A stretch of DNA of 57,426 bases, filler included, from Ionaspis alba (Eukaryota): assembly GCA_964255285.1 (NCBI GenBank). It is 5 parts of 5 records of this genome, joined end to end, with 100 filler letters (N's around TTAATTAATTAA, not from the genome) between each part and the next. Parts side by side here need not be neighbours in the genome. Positions count along the whole stretch, not along the records: positions 1 to 11,443 come from CAXUUL010000554.1; positions 11,544 to 22,971 come from CAXUUL010000555.1; 3 more parts are not named here. One strand, given 5' to 3'. The notes below the pieces were generated by a model, which saw only the letters and a list, made by a program, of their open reading frames with translations, was not told the DNA's origin and ran no database searches. Positions 1 through 11,661 of the stretch are shown in pieces. The translations under genes and the position numbers were made by a program. The first letter of the stretch is position 1; the number at the start of each line of letters is the position of its first letter.

Positions 1-114
1 TATGGGGTTCTGTTGGCGGTTAAGGGCAGGGTGGGGGGTGTGCCGATTGAGTATGCGAGGGCGCAGACGGATACGCCGCCCAGGGAGGGGTGGGATCATG
101 CTTGGACGAGGTAG
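1..114 (+). CDS. possible 3' end of an unidentified gene, truncated by the scaffold start
   Basis: Frame 1 is open from base 1 (YGVLLAVKGRVGGVPIEYARAQTDTPPREGWDHAWTR) to TAG at 112-114. The G-rich composition matches the 3' ends of other genes here. No family recognised. Confidence 0.3.
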   Translation, partial: YGVLLAVKGRVGGVPIEYARAQTDTPPREGWDHAWTR

Positions 115-477
115 GGGGAAGGGAGTGGGCTGGGATGTTTGTGTACAAGTGGGTGTGTGTGAGCATTGATATGCGGTTGTTGGCTGTATGGTTTGTGGGT
201 TTGGGGCTCAAGTGTAGAGGATTGCATACAACTACGTATAAGGGACTTTCATTGTTTATATTGATCAATTTGCTATAGACTTTTGAGCCCAGTGGCAATC
301 TGCTTTTAATATGTACAGCTATGGTATTGGCCAAAGTAGCCATTTGCACACAAAACACCTCATCCGCCTCGGAGGACATGCCGCTGGATAAGATTCACGC
401 AGCAGAAGCGTCCCCAGTCATCTTTCGTAACGTCGTTTAAAAGTCATGACTCAGCCTCAGACCCATCCGAAGAAAAC

Positions 478-2816
478 TCAATGATTAGATCGCGACTTTC
501 TCAAAACTTTTCGTTCCTTTTCCTTGGCTATGAGATATCATCAGTATACGATATCCAACCGAATGAATATTTGGAGAAGTTACCTACCCTCATCATAAAC
601 CAAGAATTCATGTAAAGCCTTTCCGGCCGGGACCATAGGCAAGACAGGAACCTTCTTATCGGTAACCACCTCCAACAAAGCTGGTCCATCGGTATTGATC
701 AACCACTCCAATTTGCCCTGGACATCATCTGGTTTTATGCACCGATCTGCCTGAACGCCCATCGCTTCAGCGAGCTTGACAAAATCCGGGTTCTTCTGAT
801 GCGTATGTGCGAATCGGTCTTCGTAAAAGAGACTCTGCCACTGTGTAACCATGCCTTGTTCTTCGTTGTTGAGAATGATGATTTTGACACCAATGTTGAA
901 TTGGGCAGCTGTCGAGAGCTCTGTTAGGGTCATGCTGAAGGAAGCGTCGCCGTCGATGTCGACCACAAGGGCGTCGGGCTGAGCTACTTTCGCGCCGATA
1001 GCAGAGGGAAGCCCAAAGCCCATGGTGCCAAGTCCGCCGGAAGTTATCATGGTACGTGGATATCTCCATCGGAAGTGCTGGGCTGCCCACATTTGATGCT
1101 GACCAACTCCAGTCGTAATGATCGTTTTGTCTTTCATGTTCTCAGTCAAGGTGCTAAGCTTCTCAATAACGGTCTGTGGCTTGATAAGCCCGTCCGAGGT
1201 TTCCTTTTCGTAATTGAAAGGAAATCGTGCTTTCCAGTCATTGATCTGACGGAACCATTCTGGTCGCTCAGTCTTGGTTTTGACGTGGGGAATGAGGAGC
1301 GCCAAATTGGTAGCCACATCGCCTTCGACAGCCTCCGTGGCCTGGACAACCTTGTTGATGTTCTTTGGCTGAACCTCGAAATGAACAATGCCTCCTCTCT
1401 TCTCGGCCGCAGCCGCTTTCGCTTGAGGCGCGAACTTGCCAATGCTTCCGGTTACACGATCGTCGAATCTTGCACCAAGGGCGATTATCAAATCCGCTTC
1501 CTGCATGGCCATGTTGGCATAGGCGGAGCCATGCATACCTAGCATATGTAAGGATTTATCGTCGAGTTCGTCATATCCTCCGAGTCCTTGGAGGGTTGTT
1601 GTGACAGGTATCATTGCCTTGTCTGCTAACTCCCTGAGTAGCTTTGGGCCCTCGGGTAATGCCATCATTCCCTGACCGACATATAGAATAGGTTTCTTCG
1701 CAATATTGATAAGTTCAGCTACTCGCTTTATGGCTCCGTCGAGCTGTTTCCTGCGATAATCTCGAGCGGCGAGAGTAGCAGCACTAGGATGTGAGGGCAG
1801 AGTGCTAGCGGTGGGTATCGGATGCCGAAGAATCGCAGCCGTGACGTCCTTCGGCAGGTCGACAAGAACCGGTCCAGGTCTCCCACTTGTAGCAATTTCG
1901 AAAGCCTCCTTGATGCGCTTCGGGAGCTCTGCAACGTTCTTGACCATCACGTTCCATTTTGTGCATGCTCTTGATATGCCAACGACATCTGCTTCTTGGA
2001 AAGCATCCGTGCCAATTGCACTCGTAACGACCTGGCCCGTAAATACGATGAGAGGGGTTCCGTCTGATAAAGCATCTTGCATGGGTGTAATAACGTTGGT
2101 GGCTCCAGGCCCAGATGTGACAAGCACAACGCCGGGTTTGCCCGAAGCACGCGCATACCCTTGCGCCATGTGACCAGCACCTTGTTCGTGCCTAGGAAGA
2201 ATAAAATCGAAGTGCTTTGAATTGTAGATTGCATCGAATACAGGAAGGATAGCCCCGCCAGGATAGCCGACTGACAATATGATCAGTCACGCTTCTAGGT
2301 AGTGCAGAGGTTTTGGCCAACTCACAGACATGCTTGACACCCTGGCGAAGCATCATCTCATGGAAAATCTCTCCTCCGGTAAGACCGACGAACCTGTGGC
2401 GGGAATATGTTAGACTCATTCGAAAGGACCGAAGGTTTGTCTGTCCACTCACGAGTCGTCCATCTCCGGTCGATGTACATTTTGTAACGGGTGTACTTGA
2501 TTGCGCTCCGACTCTTGGTTGAATGCTGGACTTGGGATCGGTCTGGACTGAGATTGACTAACGGTCCGATCAATCTATGTGCAGTTGACAATCGCACAAT
2601 AGCCATAGCTTACGATGCAACTGCCGCATTGGTACTCTGACCTCTTCGTGCAACCTCCTTTGGTGCTCTTGCCTGTGACGTTTGTGAAGGATTCCGATGA
2701 GGCGAAATAGCAGCAATGGTAGGTGTAGAAGAAAATGGCTGTAAAGCCGGAGGGCAAATTGATTGCCGCCGCCGGACGGCGCGTAAGGTATTCTTCGCTG
2801 GCTGAGATATGAACAT
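478..2816 (-). CDS. ILV2: acetolactate synthase (AHAS) catalytic subunit, mitochondrial; 5 exons
   Basis: Motifs FGYPGGAILP, PRHEQGAGHMAQGYARASG, TSGPGATN, GVGQHQMWAAQ and TPP-binding GDASF...NN. ATG at 2816 with an Arg/Ser-rich transit peptide. Spliced exons give RPIPSPAFNQE...MDDS-FVGLTGGEIFHEMM. Last exon reads AKEKERKVLRKSRSNH-TGA (478-480). Confidence 0.97.
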
Positions 2817-2877
2817 CGTACCTGGTCAACGAAGAATGATGGAGTGGAGTTGGTCAATGGATGCGTAACGACGGCTG

Positions 2878-2884
2878 TGACTCA
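2878..2884. promoter_or_regulatory. Gcn4/CpcA response element TGACTCA upstream of ILV2
   Basis: Perfect TGACTCA about 60 bp upstream of the ATG of an amino-acid biosynthesis gene. Confidence 0.55.
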
Positions 2885-2950
2885 AAGGACAATAAAAGTT
2901 TCTATTTGCACAAAGATCGGCGAGATCGCTCCGTTGCGATTAGCGCCGGC

Positions 2951-2964
2951 TCCCGATGTCGGGA
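2951..2964. promoter_or_regulatory. Leu3/LeuB-type site CCG-N4-CGG inside the palindrome TCCCGA-TG-TCGGGA
   Basis: CCGATGTCGG at 2953-2962 in the ILV2/GAL1 intergenic region. ILV2 is a classical Leu3 target. Confidence 0.5.
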
Positions 2965-3289
2965 CCCCGAGGATCGCGAAACCCTACTTTTGCGGGGTGC
3001 ATGAGCATAACCCTAATGAGGATCGATGACGACCCGGGAATATCAACACCGGCTTGACAGGCATAGTAAACAATCCACTTTGAGCGGTCAATTAGAGACG
3101 TAACGCTCCTTCATCACAATCTTGTATTATCCCTGTCGATCCGAGGGATATTTTGCGCTCCAGTAGGCACGTGCCACCCGATTTTAGTTTGTTACATTTA
3201 TTACTAGTGGATACTTTGGATGCCGCGCAACTTTTACCTCCATCTCTTTCCATTCTCTTGCTATTCATCCCACTCAGAAAGAATTGATC

Positions 3290-4892
3290 ATGTCTCGAAA
3301 AACAATGGATGAACCGGTCCCAGTGGTCCAGTCTCTTGAGGACGTATATCCTTCAGAAGCAATAGCTACCCAAAGAAAGAGATGGGACCAACTGCGCCAA
3401 AAGTTCTCAGAATCGTACGGGACAAGTCCAGATTTCATCTCTCGCAGTCCCGGTCGTGTAAATATCATCGGAGAACATATCGACTACTCGCTCTACGAAG
3501 TCCTACCCATGGCAATTGCAGCCGACGTACTCATTGCTGTATCAACATCCTCTCCTGAGGGGCTCCCGACTCTATCAATCTCAAATACCGACAATCAAAA
3601 ATTCAAACCAAGCCAATTCACTATCTCAGAGCAAAATGAGGTCGATATTGATTCTTCCACTCATAACTGGACAAACTATTTCAAGGCCGGTCTCCGCGGT
3701 GCCCTCGGATTGCTCAAGGACAAGAATCCCAACTTCGTGGCCAAAAGTATGAACCTACTCGTAGACGGCACTGTACCAGCAGGTGGCGGCCTTTCAAGCT
3801 CCGCAGCTTTCGTCTGTGCGGCGGCGTTGGCAGTTCTATGGGCCAATTCGTCAGACCCGATTTCCAAGACCGACCTCGTCGAGCTCGCGATCGTCTCCGA
3901 GCGCTTCGTCGGTGTCAATTCGGGTGGGATGGACCAAGCAGCCTCCGTACTCTCTCTCCGCGGCGATGCGCTATCAGTCTCCTTCTCCCCGAAGCTGCAC
4001 GCTGAAGCAATAGCTTTCCCTGCTCTAGACCCTCCAATCACCTTCATGATAGCACAGTCTTTCGTTGCGGCAGACAAGCACGTCACGGCCCCCGAGTGCT
4101 ACAATCTCCGCGTTGTGGAATGCACGCTCGCTGCTGAATATATTGCTGCGCAAGTTGGTCTTGTCCTGAAATCGGATTCTTCGCCACTGGGACGCAGTCT
4201 CCAAGGATTGCAAGGCGCGTTCTATGATTCTAAACCTCAGCTTAGAGACGATCCGTATCACACCCTGCTTCGCCGACTGACAGAGATGGTCGACCTCACA
4301 GATTCACAGCTCAGATTCACCAGCGGATATACTCGGGAAGATATTGCGGATGTCCTTCATATATCAGTCAAGGAACTAGAGCAACGATACATGACCAAGT
4401 TCCCTGTGCGGGCTGGGAAGTTCCTTTTGCGCCAGCGAGCGCTGCATGTATTTCGAGAAGCTATCCGTGTGCAGCAATTTAAAGCGCTGCTGATGTCACC
4501 CCCAGAAGATGGCGAAAGACTACTTGAGAAACTCGGCAATCTGATGAACGAGACTCAAGAATCCTGTCGCGATGTGTATGACTGCAGCTGCCCCGAACTG
4601 GATGACTTGTGTCGGATTGCAAGGGCGGCGGGAGCCTATGGTAGTCGACTGACTGGAGCTGGATGGGGCGGATGTACGGTCCATTTGGTGCCGAAAGAAA
4701 GAGTTGAGGATATCCGGAGAGCCTGGGAGAATGAGTACTTCCGAATGAAGTTTCCGGACATTACGGAGGAGAAGTTGGCGGAGGGAGTGGTGGTCAGTGA
4801 ACCAGGGCCAGGGAGTGTAATGTATGCTCCCTCCACACCTGTCAGAAGTGGGATGAGAACACCAGCTAACGTGAGTTAGCTTTGATGTATGA
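3290..4892 (+). CDS. GAL1: galactokinase (GHMP kinase)
   Basis: Signature PGRVNIIGEHIDY, ATP-binding PAGGGLSSSAA, GVNSGGMDQ and SRLTGAGWGGC. A short terminal intron (GTATGC...CTAAC...TTAG, 4822-4879) gives ...VIFDV-TGA at 4890-4892. Confidence 0.96.
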
Positions 4893-5023
4893 TACTCACC
4901 ACTTGCAAATGCTCTGTACCAAAATGGCCTAGACTATAGACAATCAGAACCGATGTCATTTCTGCTCAGGGTATCAATATATTCAAAACCTTCCATCCCA
5001 CGACCAGAAACACCTTTTCCTAA

Positions 5024-7502
5024 TCAAACAATATCCAAGTCGTCGTCGTCAGGAAGAGGCAGCCTTCTCCCGTCGGGGCTCCCAGCCACATCCCCGAAAC
5101 TTTCCCTCCCTGCTTCCCTAATTCCCTTCTCGGTCACGAACCTGGTTTTCTTTCTTATCGACGCATCTTTCCGAATAGCCTTCCTCTTCACAGGGCTAAG
5201 ATGCACATTCCTCGCCTTATTCCCAAGCAACCCCAGCGCCCCTGCATCGACATTGTCCCCGCCACCATCATATCGATCATTATCCCGTATCAACCCATCA
5301 CCAGTCGCCAGCCGTAGATACTCCGCACCAGTACCATTCCCTCCCTGCCCGAGCTGTTTCGCGATTTCTTTTTCTCGCTCTCTTTCCGCCAACCGTCTCC
5401 GGACCAATTCTTCCTTACCCAGGCCTCTCCCCGCACTCTCCTCATCCGCATCCAACAGACTCGCGGCACTTCTACCACCCCCACTAGGTGCAATAAAGTA
5501 TGCCGATTGAGTCTGACGATCATACTGTCTCCCTTCCCTCAATAATCCACCACCCTCATCATCCTTGTCTCCTCTCTTCCTCCCCACACCAAAGAACCCT
5601 AATCGTCCGCCGCTCTTGCCACCAGGGGCGTATGGTGCACTCATCCCCTGAACCTCCATCCTCCCACGGCGCATTTTCTCAACACCCCTGTCAATGTGCC
5701 ATTCGCAGAACTCCGTCTTCGCGATATTCACCCAGCTAGAACACTGCTTGCCATCCTTCTTAGTTGCTTTACAGAAGCCCAGATCCCGCGCTGTGCCGAC
5801 TTCAAGGATCGTATCATCGCTAGAGCTGAGCGTCAAAGACCAGCGTCCTGTATCAACCTTACCGGGTGGCGGCGGCATGATGGAGGGATTCAGTATAGCG
5901 ACCACCGTGCCTGGTGTCAATTTCCAAAATCGGGTGTAGGCGGTCGTGAAGAGATAAAGGTCCAGAGTCCAGGTCAGATCGGTCAAAGTGAAGACCATAT
6001 ATTTCCCTTTCACGTTGGCTTCGGAATCAATGGCCTGGGCCAGCGACGAATCGCTGTTGTCCTTGTTTGTTCGTTGCGCATCTTTGTGGGTGAGCGGAGC
6101 GGACTTTGAGGCTATTATTCCAAAGACTACAAAGTCCGCTTCCTCGAGGGCTGGTGGGAGGCAGAAGTCGGGAGCTTTGACATCACGGAGCAGGGTTGGG
6201 ATTACCACCGCGTTCTTAGATTCGAGAGTACGTTTCAGGAAAGAGTGAGGGAGAATGCGCTTGGATAGGTCGACGGATGAAAAAGGCTCAAACAGGCCAG
6301 GGTCAACAGGCTGCTTGGTCGGCGATCGACAAGCTGGCGGAACGATTGGTGGAGACACAGTCTTGTGCAAATCGTTCCTCCGAGCTGGGGCACGAGAAGA
6401 AGCAGGAGATTTGGGTGGTTTTGAAAGGCTTGCAGTAGGCGTGGTGCCAAACCTAGACTGTTGCCGTGTATTTCGAGCTCCAGAAACAGTACTGCTTCGG
6501 CGAGCAAGACCCTCAGTCGGCCTATTGAAAGCCTTGACCACCTCGTCCCTCGAAAAGCTGCGATCACGAGCATTATGCCCCTCCGAGCGCTCCTGACGAG
6601 CTTCTGCCGCATTCTTGAACGCCTCGATTTCCTGCTCCTGAGTGCCGAAACCGGTGCTGCGCTGCTTCCGAAGTCTCTCGGACCTCTCTCTCCTGCCTCG
6701 GTCCTCCTTGTCTTGTTGTCTTGTCTCTGCAATCCGTTGACTAAAGGATTTTGGCAGGCTTCGTCCACTACTGGAAGAGAATGTAGAATTTGACCCCGTT
6801 GAACCTCCGCCCCCAGTGGAGTGAGGTACACGTAAGGTGTTTCCAAATGGGTCGTCTTCGCTCGTGGATTGCGAGCGAAGGCTTGGTGCCCGCCGTAGAC
6901 TGACATTCTTGCCACTGAGCCCTTTGTCAATGCCCAATAACACACGGCCAGGAGAACGAGGTTCTTGGGTCACGGTTGGTCTCCGTTCTGGCGAAAGCGG
7001 CACCTGTATTCCGTTCGAAGTTTTGGAGCTGTCCTGTAACCCGTCGGCCTGTCCAATCTCTCTGCCCGACTGCAGCATAGATCTGGCTCTTAATGGAGCG
7101 CTCTCGCTTGCCCGGAGAAGCTCTTCGTTCTCCCCTGCATCTATTTTTACCCTCTTCGACTGCAGCTTTTTAAGCTTAAGCCGCGCTTCGAGGGTCGCCA
7201 GACGTAACTGAAGCGTCTCCTCGTCTTCGTCCTCATCGTTTTCCTCGAGCGGCGATTTGTAGTCAAGCTGCTGTCGGACTGCATCCAGACTTGGGGCCAC
7301 CCTTGGCTTTCGGAGTGGGGACGGCGAAGGTGAAATGTTTCGTTGATGATCTCTTGCTTTCTTTCGGCCATTGGGCGAACTGAGAAGGGCCTCGTAAGGC
7401 GATCTTGGTGGCCAGTGCGGCGCTTCAGCAGCTGTAAACAGGTATAAGCTTCAGCCAGCAAGAAAAGGTCCTTGAGATATTAAGCCAATTACCTGAGGTC
7501 AT
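5024..7502 (-). CDS. MCM10: DNA replication factor Mcm10/Cdc23
   Basis: OB-fold region (FVVFGIIASKS, KYMVFTLTDL, PGTVVAILNP) and CCCH zinc finger CKATKKDGKQC..WVN....FCEWH. A 10-nt first exon (ATG at 7502) splices to WPPRSPYEALLSSPNGRKK. Confidence 0.9.
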
Positions 7503-7730
7503 GTTGAGTTGATGGTGCTAGCATTGTATATTTACTGAACCTGGTGTAATCATCAATGATTGAAAGATGGTTATGCAAAGCTCAGAGACGAAGAGCATAT
7601 ATGTAAGGCTTCAACGCCCGTATGCGACTGACCGCAGCACAAATTTTGTAATGTAAGCAAATGTCAATGGGCCACCAACTTGTGGCCGTTGATGAGGCGC
7701 AAATAAGCTCAGGCTCTTTGATTGGCTGAG

Positions 7731-7771
7731 ACGCGTATCGCGATCCACGTCCATCGACCTTTCCGACGCGT
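7731..7771. promoter_or_regulatory. two MCB (MluI cell-cycle box, ACGCGT) elements in the MCM10/RNH202 bidirectional promoter
   Basis: ACGCGT at 7731-7736 and 7766-7771, next to ATTGG (reverse CCAAT) at 7721-7725, between two divergent DNA-replication genes. Confidence 0.6.
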
Positions 7772-7842
7772 CTTCCCTGTCGTCGAAATACATGCTTGAA
7801 TAAATGCGAGATACTCCCAGATGCCCAACGTCTCACAAGGCG

Positions 7843-9177
7843 ATGAAAACTCGATCTGCAATACTACCATCTACTCTGTACACTTCCACGATGGCTGGTT
7901 TGGATTATCACCCCATCCCGCAGCTTCTGATAGTTCCAGAAACAGCTGGCGAAAATGCCTCCATCATAACCCTGGCTCATCCTAGAACTTTGTCTCCTAG
8001 CCGTTACTTCTTCTGTCCTGCGGTTGGAATTTACGAATTTATGAGGATTAAGTCACCACAGTCAATGTTCCGTAGCTGCCTCTTAGCTCCACCTCGTCCG
8101 GACGTCAATTACGGCAGCTCCAAAGGCGAGATACAGGAGAAAATGTCAGCTTCTACAACACAAATAACAGACTCTATTGAGACAGGTTATGTTACCAAGA
8201 CAGCCGAACTTTTCACAGCAACTCCTATGGACCCCCTCTTTCTCCTCCTGCCAGCCCTTACTCCTAAGCCTTCAAATTCCAGGTCGAGTGAGTCGAAAGC
8301 CTTGTTCCTATCATCCGACGACTTATTTGAGAACCTGGTTACCAGTTCGAAACATTTCAGCCTCCTGCTTGATCATCTACCAACACGACAAGTTCTAGAG
8401 AGGCGGATGGACGCTGTTTGCGACATCGTGGAAGCCGGTGACGAAAAGATGTACAGGCTGAGCCATGAAAAGCTTTTGGCAGAGCTTGTTACCAAGGCTC
8501 GCAAAATTGTCTCAGTGGGACTTCCAACGAGTATGGAGGAGCGGTTCATCAAGAACGCACTGGAGGTCCCCTTAATGAGCGTCAAGAGAGAGGCAAGTAC
8601 GACGGAGAATAACCTCAATCAAGAAGCCGACGAAGAATTGCCGGCCACTCCTAGCACACTTGAAACCTTGGAATCTCAGTCAAGTACTACCTCGACAATG
8701 ACTACAGATTCTCAGACTTCAGTGGACACATCCATTACCATTCCAAATCTGGTCTCGCATCTCCCGATTTCACCGGCTCTTTTCGAACTCCTTCGACTTC
8801 GCACAGCTTTATCATTCATGCTCTCGTCCTACGTCGCATCTCATTTAGCAAGCACCCTCACCAATATCATGACATTGTCGGAAAGCCCTATCGATTTCGA
8901 GCCTCTTGACAACCATCTATCCCATGTCGCGAAAATGCGGGCAGAAGCGCTAGCAGCACGATCGCTTTCGGACTTCAGTCGCAAACGTGGTATAGACGAT
9001 GATGAAGAGATGGCCGAATGTCGCGCGGAAAAGAAACGGAAGAAGGAGGAGGAAGAGAGGAGGAAGAAGGCTGGAGAGTCCAGAGGGGTCAGGGATTTGA
9101 GGAAAGTGGATATATCGGGGATGAAGAAGATGAGCGACTTTTTTGGGAAGAAGGCTGTGGCGAAGAAGAAATCGTGA
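7843..9177 (+). CDS. RNH202: ribonuclease H2 subunit B (Ydr279p family)
   Basis: Motifs IITLAHPRT..PSRYFFCP..GIYEF, ATPMDPLFLLLPAL, CDIVEAGDEKMYRL and C-terminal PIP-like KVDISGMKKMSDFF. Start codon uncertain (7804, 7843 or 7891). Confidence 0.88.
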   Translation: MKTRSAILPSTLYTSTMAGLDYHPIPQLLIVPETAGENASIITLAHPRTLSPSRYFFCPAVGIYEFMRIKSPQSMFRSCLLAPPRPDVNYGSSKGEIQEKMSASTTQITDSIETGYVTKTAELFTATPMDPLFLLLPALTPKPSNSRSSESKALFLSSDDLFENLVTSSKHFSLLLDHLPTRQVLERRMDAVCDIVEAGDEKMYRLSHEKLLAELVTKARKIVSVGLPTSMEERFIKNALEVPLMSVKREASTTENNLNQEADEELPATPSTLETLESQSSTTSTMTTDSQTSVDTSITIPNLVSHLPISPALFELLRLRTALSFMLSSYVASHLASTLTNIMTLSESPIDFEPLDNHLSHVAKMRAEALAARSLSDFSRKRGIDDDEEMAECRAEKKRKKEEEERRKKAGESRGVRDLRKVDISGMKKMSDFFGKKAVAKKKS

Positions 9178-10597
9178 TATATCTTTGTGGGCATGAAGAA
9201 GAATCCACGGAAAGGAGTGCCAAAGAGACCCGAGGTGTACCATGATGCACTATGGCTGGGGGAGCTATTCAGTCCGCCTCACTCGTCGCCTCACTCCGCA
9301 GCTACACAGAAGCTCAAATTGGCGGCTTGACTCTAGCTTTGGCGGAAGATCAACAAACCTAGCTTAGATGAGGCGTGCCGGGTTGGTATATGCACATGTC
9401 CGTGCCATGGGACGATGTGACTGACAAGCGATGGGCACGGACATTTGGGACAACCGTAGCATTTTGGTCTTTGGTTTTGAGCAATGCCTGTCATGGTCGC
9501 CGATATCGTCCAAGTAATGTAGGAGAGCTTCAAGACACCCAGTTTCACGATACCAGAAAGAGCATTCCTGGGTCTAGATGCAAGCTTGCACGATACATTG
9601 GACGCGCCATGTTGTGCTGAGGCACGGTTACCCTGACCTCATAAGCTCAATCTGAGGAGTGCGTAAGATCGATTGCACTTGTGAAGAGAAGTACATTCGA
9701 GCACTTTATAGGGAAGGTAACACAGATATCCATAAACCGACCGTAAGGGTTTACGTACTTGTTCTTCTACACAATCATCAGATGGATCTCGCGTGTCCAT
9801 CAATGATGCTTCTCGGGATGTAAACTTGAGCTAGAACCATTCCAGCTTCACAGCCTCCACCTCCGCGCGGACGACACCCTATTGCCGCACCATTGATCGT
9901 TCGAGCCGCCGGGAAATTTACTCCTGCATGACGTCCTCCCGCCCCCATTTTATGGACTATCAGATACCTTGTACTACTATGAAGCTAGCTTCTCTACAGA
10001 ACAGCAGAGCGCAATGCCCTGTCAGTCAGCTCCGGGAACGATCGCTCCAGGACTGTGGCATTGATGAAACAGTTGTCCGTCTAAAGCTCTATCACCTCGC
10101 TTTCGTGCCTAGATCATCTGCACTGCAGCTCTCTCTTACGACATAGCTGACGTATTGACGGAGCACAGCATTTACCATATTGGCCGCAGACCTGCCTCCT
10201 CGAGCTTTGCATCTAGCGAGATCACCAGAATTTTGCTTCTAGAATCAGGACCTCGTTCTCTTTTCCTAGGACAAACAAGACTAAAACATGTTGTTTGCTG
10301 AAACACGCGAACGGCATGGGATGCTTTTCCACATTGTGCGCACGGCTTCGTCTCCCTATAGATGCATCCATCCCTTGCAGGCCATCCTGCGGGTTTGATG
10401 AGAGGCCTGATATATGGTTTCTCTACTAGAGCTTCGCCGCCTTTTTGAATCCATCCTAAGTTGTGTCGTTTTTGGCTTGCATTTTGTGCGCTGGTGTCGT
10501 AGATCACATAAATAGATTGCGAGTTCTTCTTATAGATGCTCATCGCAGGCTTTCCTTGGGAATTTCTAACAGCATGCGCGTTGCTCTGGATCAAATC

Positions 10598-11443
10598 ATG
10601 TCTCCAAGAATATCCAACTCAGCACTGTCTCTGCTTTCGCTTGTTTGCTGTATAATCGGCATGGCGAACGCCAGTCTAAGTGGGAGTGGCTACATATTAC
10701 CTTTATCCGGAACGGCGTCGACCACTCAGTTCTTTATGGGACCAGAGCTGACTGAAGGAACCTCTTGCGGCGTGAAAGCCTGGGCAAATGGTCTCAACGC
10801 GGGTACTCCGGCGATAGGGGAAGGTCCTGGTTTCCTCTATGCTGCAGCCAATCAGCTCATGTTTGGCGCAAACCCAACCGGTGAGTTCTCCAACCGGAAG
10901 CCAGTCATTGTCTCTCACTAGACCATGCTGATTGATTTTGCAGATCCTAAAGCTGGCGGTCCCGGTGGAGCTTGCGGTCTTTGCTATAGCCTGACGCCCA
11001 TCTCGAACACCTCTCAGCTGCTCGACAAACAGTCTCTCACCTTTATGATCATCGATGAGTGCCCAGCAAGCTCAAACCCAAGCCAGAAAGGCGCCGGACT
11101 CAGCGTTCATTGTGGGCAATGCAAAGCTGGCGATGTGAACGATTACGGGCAGCAATGGCATTTCGACATTGCAGTAGATGCGATGAACAAGGAACAGTAT
11201 GATCTGTTCTTCCACGGTGCTCCTGGGGGACGGTAAGTCCTCTCCCTCCATAAATTGCCAGGAAGAGACAACTTACATGCATTCATTAGCAATTGGAACG
11301 CTGTCGCCTTCCACGAAACCCCGTGCTCCACACCCACTAACCCAATCCCACCAATTGAGACCTGGGGTTGTCTGACCAATTGCAAGAACAACGACGCTGC
11401 TCCCGTTTGTCAGGATGTTTTGTATGGCTCCAACGAGACCTCA
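10598..11443 (+). CDS. secreted GH45 (subfamily B/C-like) or expansin-like double-psi beta-barrel protein, 3' truncated by the scaffold end
   Basis: Signal peptide MSPRISNSALSLLSLVCCIIGMANA. Motifs STTQF, GTSCG, YAAANQLMFG, GGACGLCYSLT, MIIDECP and NDYGQQWHFDI. Introns at 10881-10943 and 11233-11289. Confidence 0.7.
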
Positions 11444-11543
11444 NNNNNNNNNNNNNNNNNNNNNNNNNNNNNNNNNNNNNNNNNNNNTTAATTAATTAAN
11501 NNNNNNNNNNNNNNNNNNNNNNNNNNNNNNNNNNNNNNNNNNN
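11444..11543. other. artificial scaffold linker (N44-TTAATTAATTAA-N44, stops in all six frames)
   Basis: The identical 100-nt spacer occurs four times in the window. Confidence 0.98.
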
Positions 11544-11661
11544 CACAAACAGCAGTGGTCATTGGTCCACAACGGTGAAGTGATCTGAAAAATGATTTCT
11601 TGATATCGTAGACTCCTTCGAATGCATACACGCTTACTATGGTATCACCCACCAGCCATTG

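Noticed and set aside
478..2816. ILV2 as a self-resistance gene for the terpene cluster
   Set aside because: It lies on a different scaffold, in a housekeeping context (GAL1, MCM10), with normal regulatory sites.
11488..11499. TTAATTAATTAA as a biological repeat or transposon target site
   Set aside because: It is always centred in 44+44 Ns and is a synthetic six-frame stop spacer.
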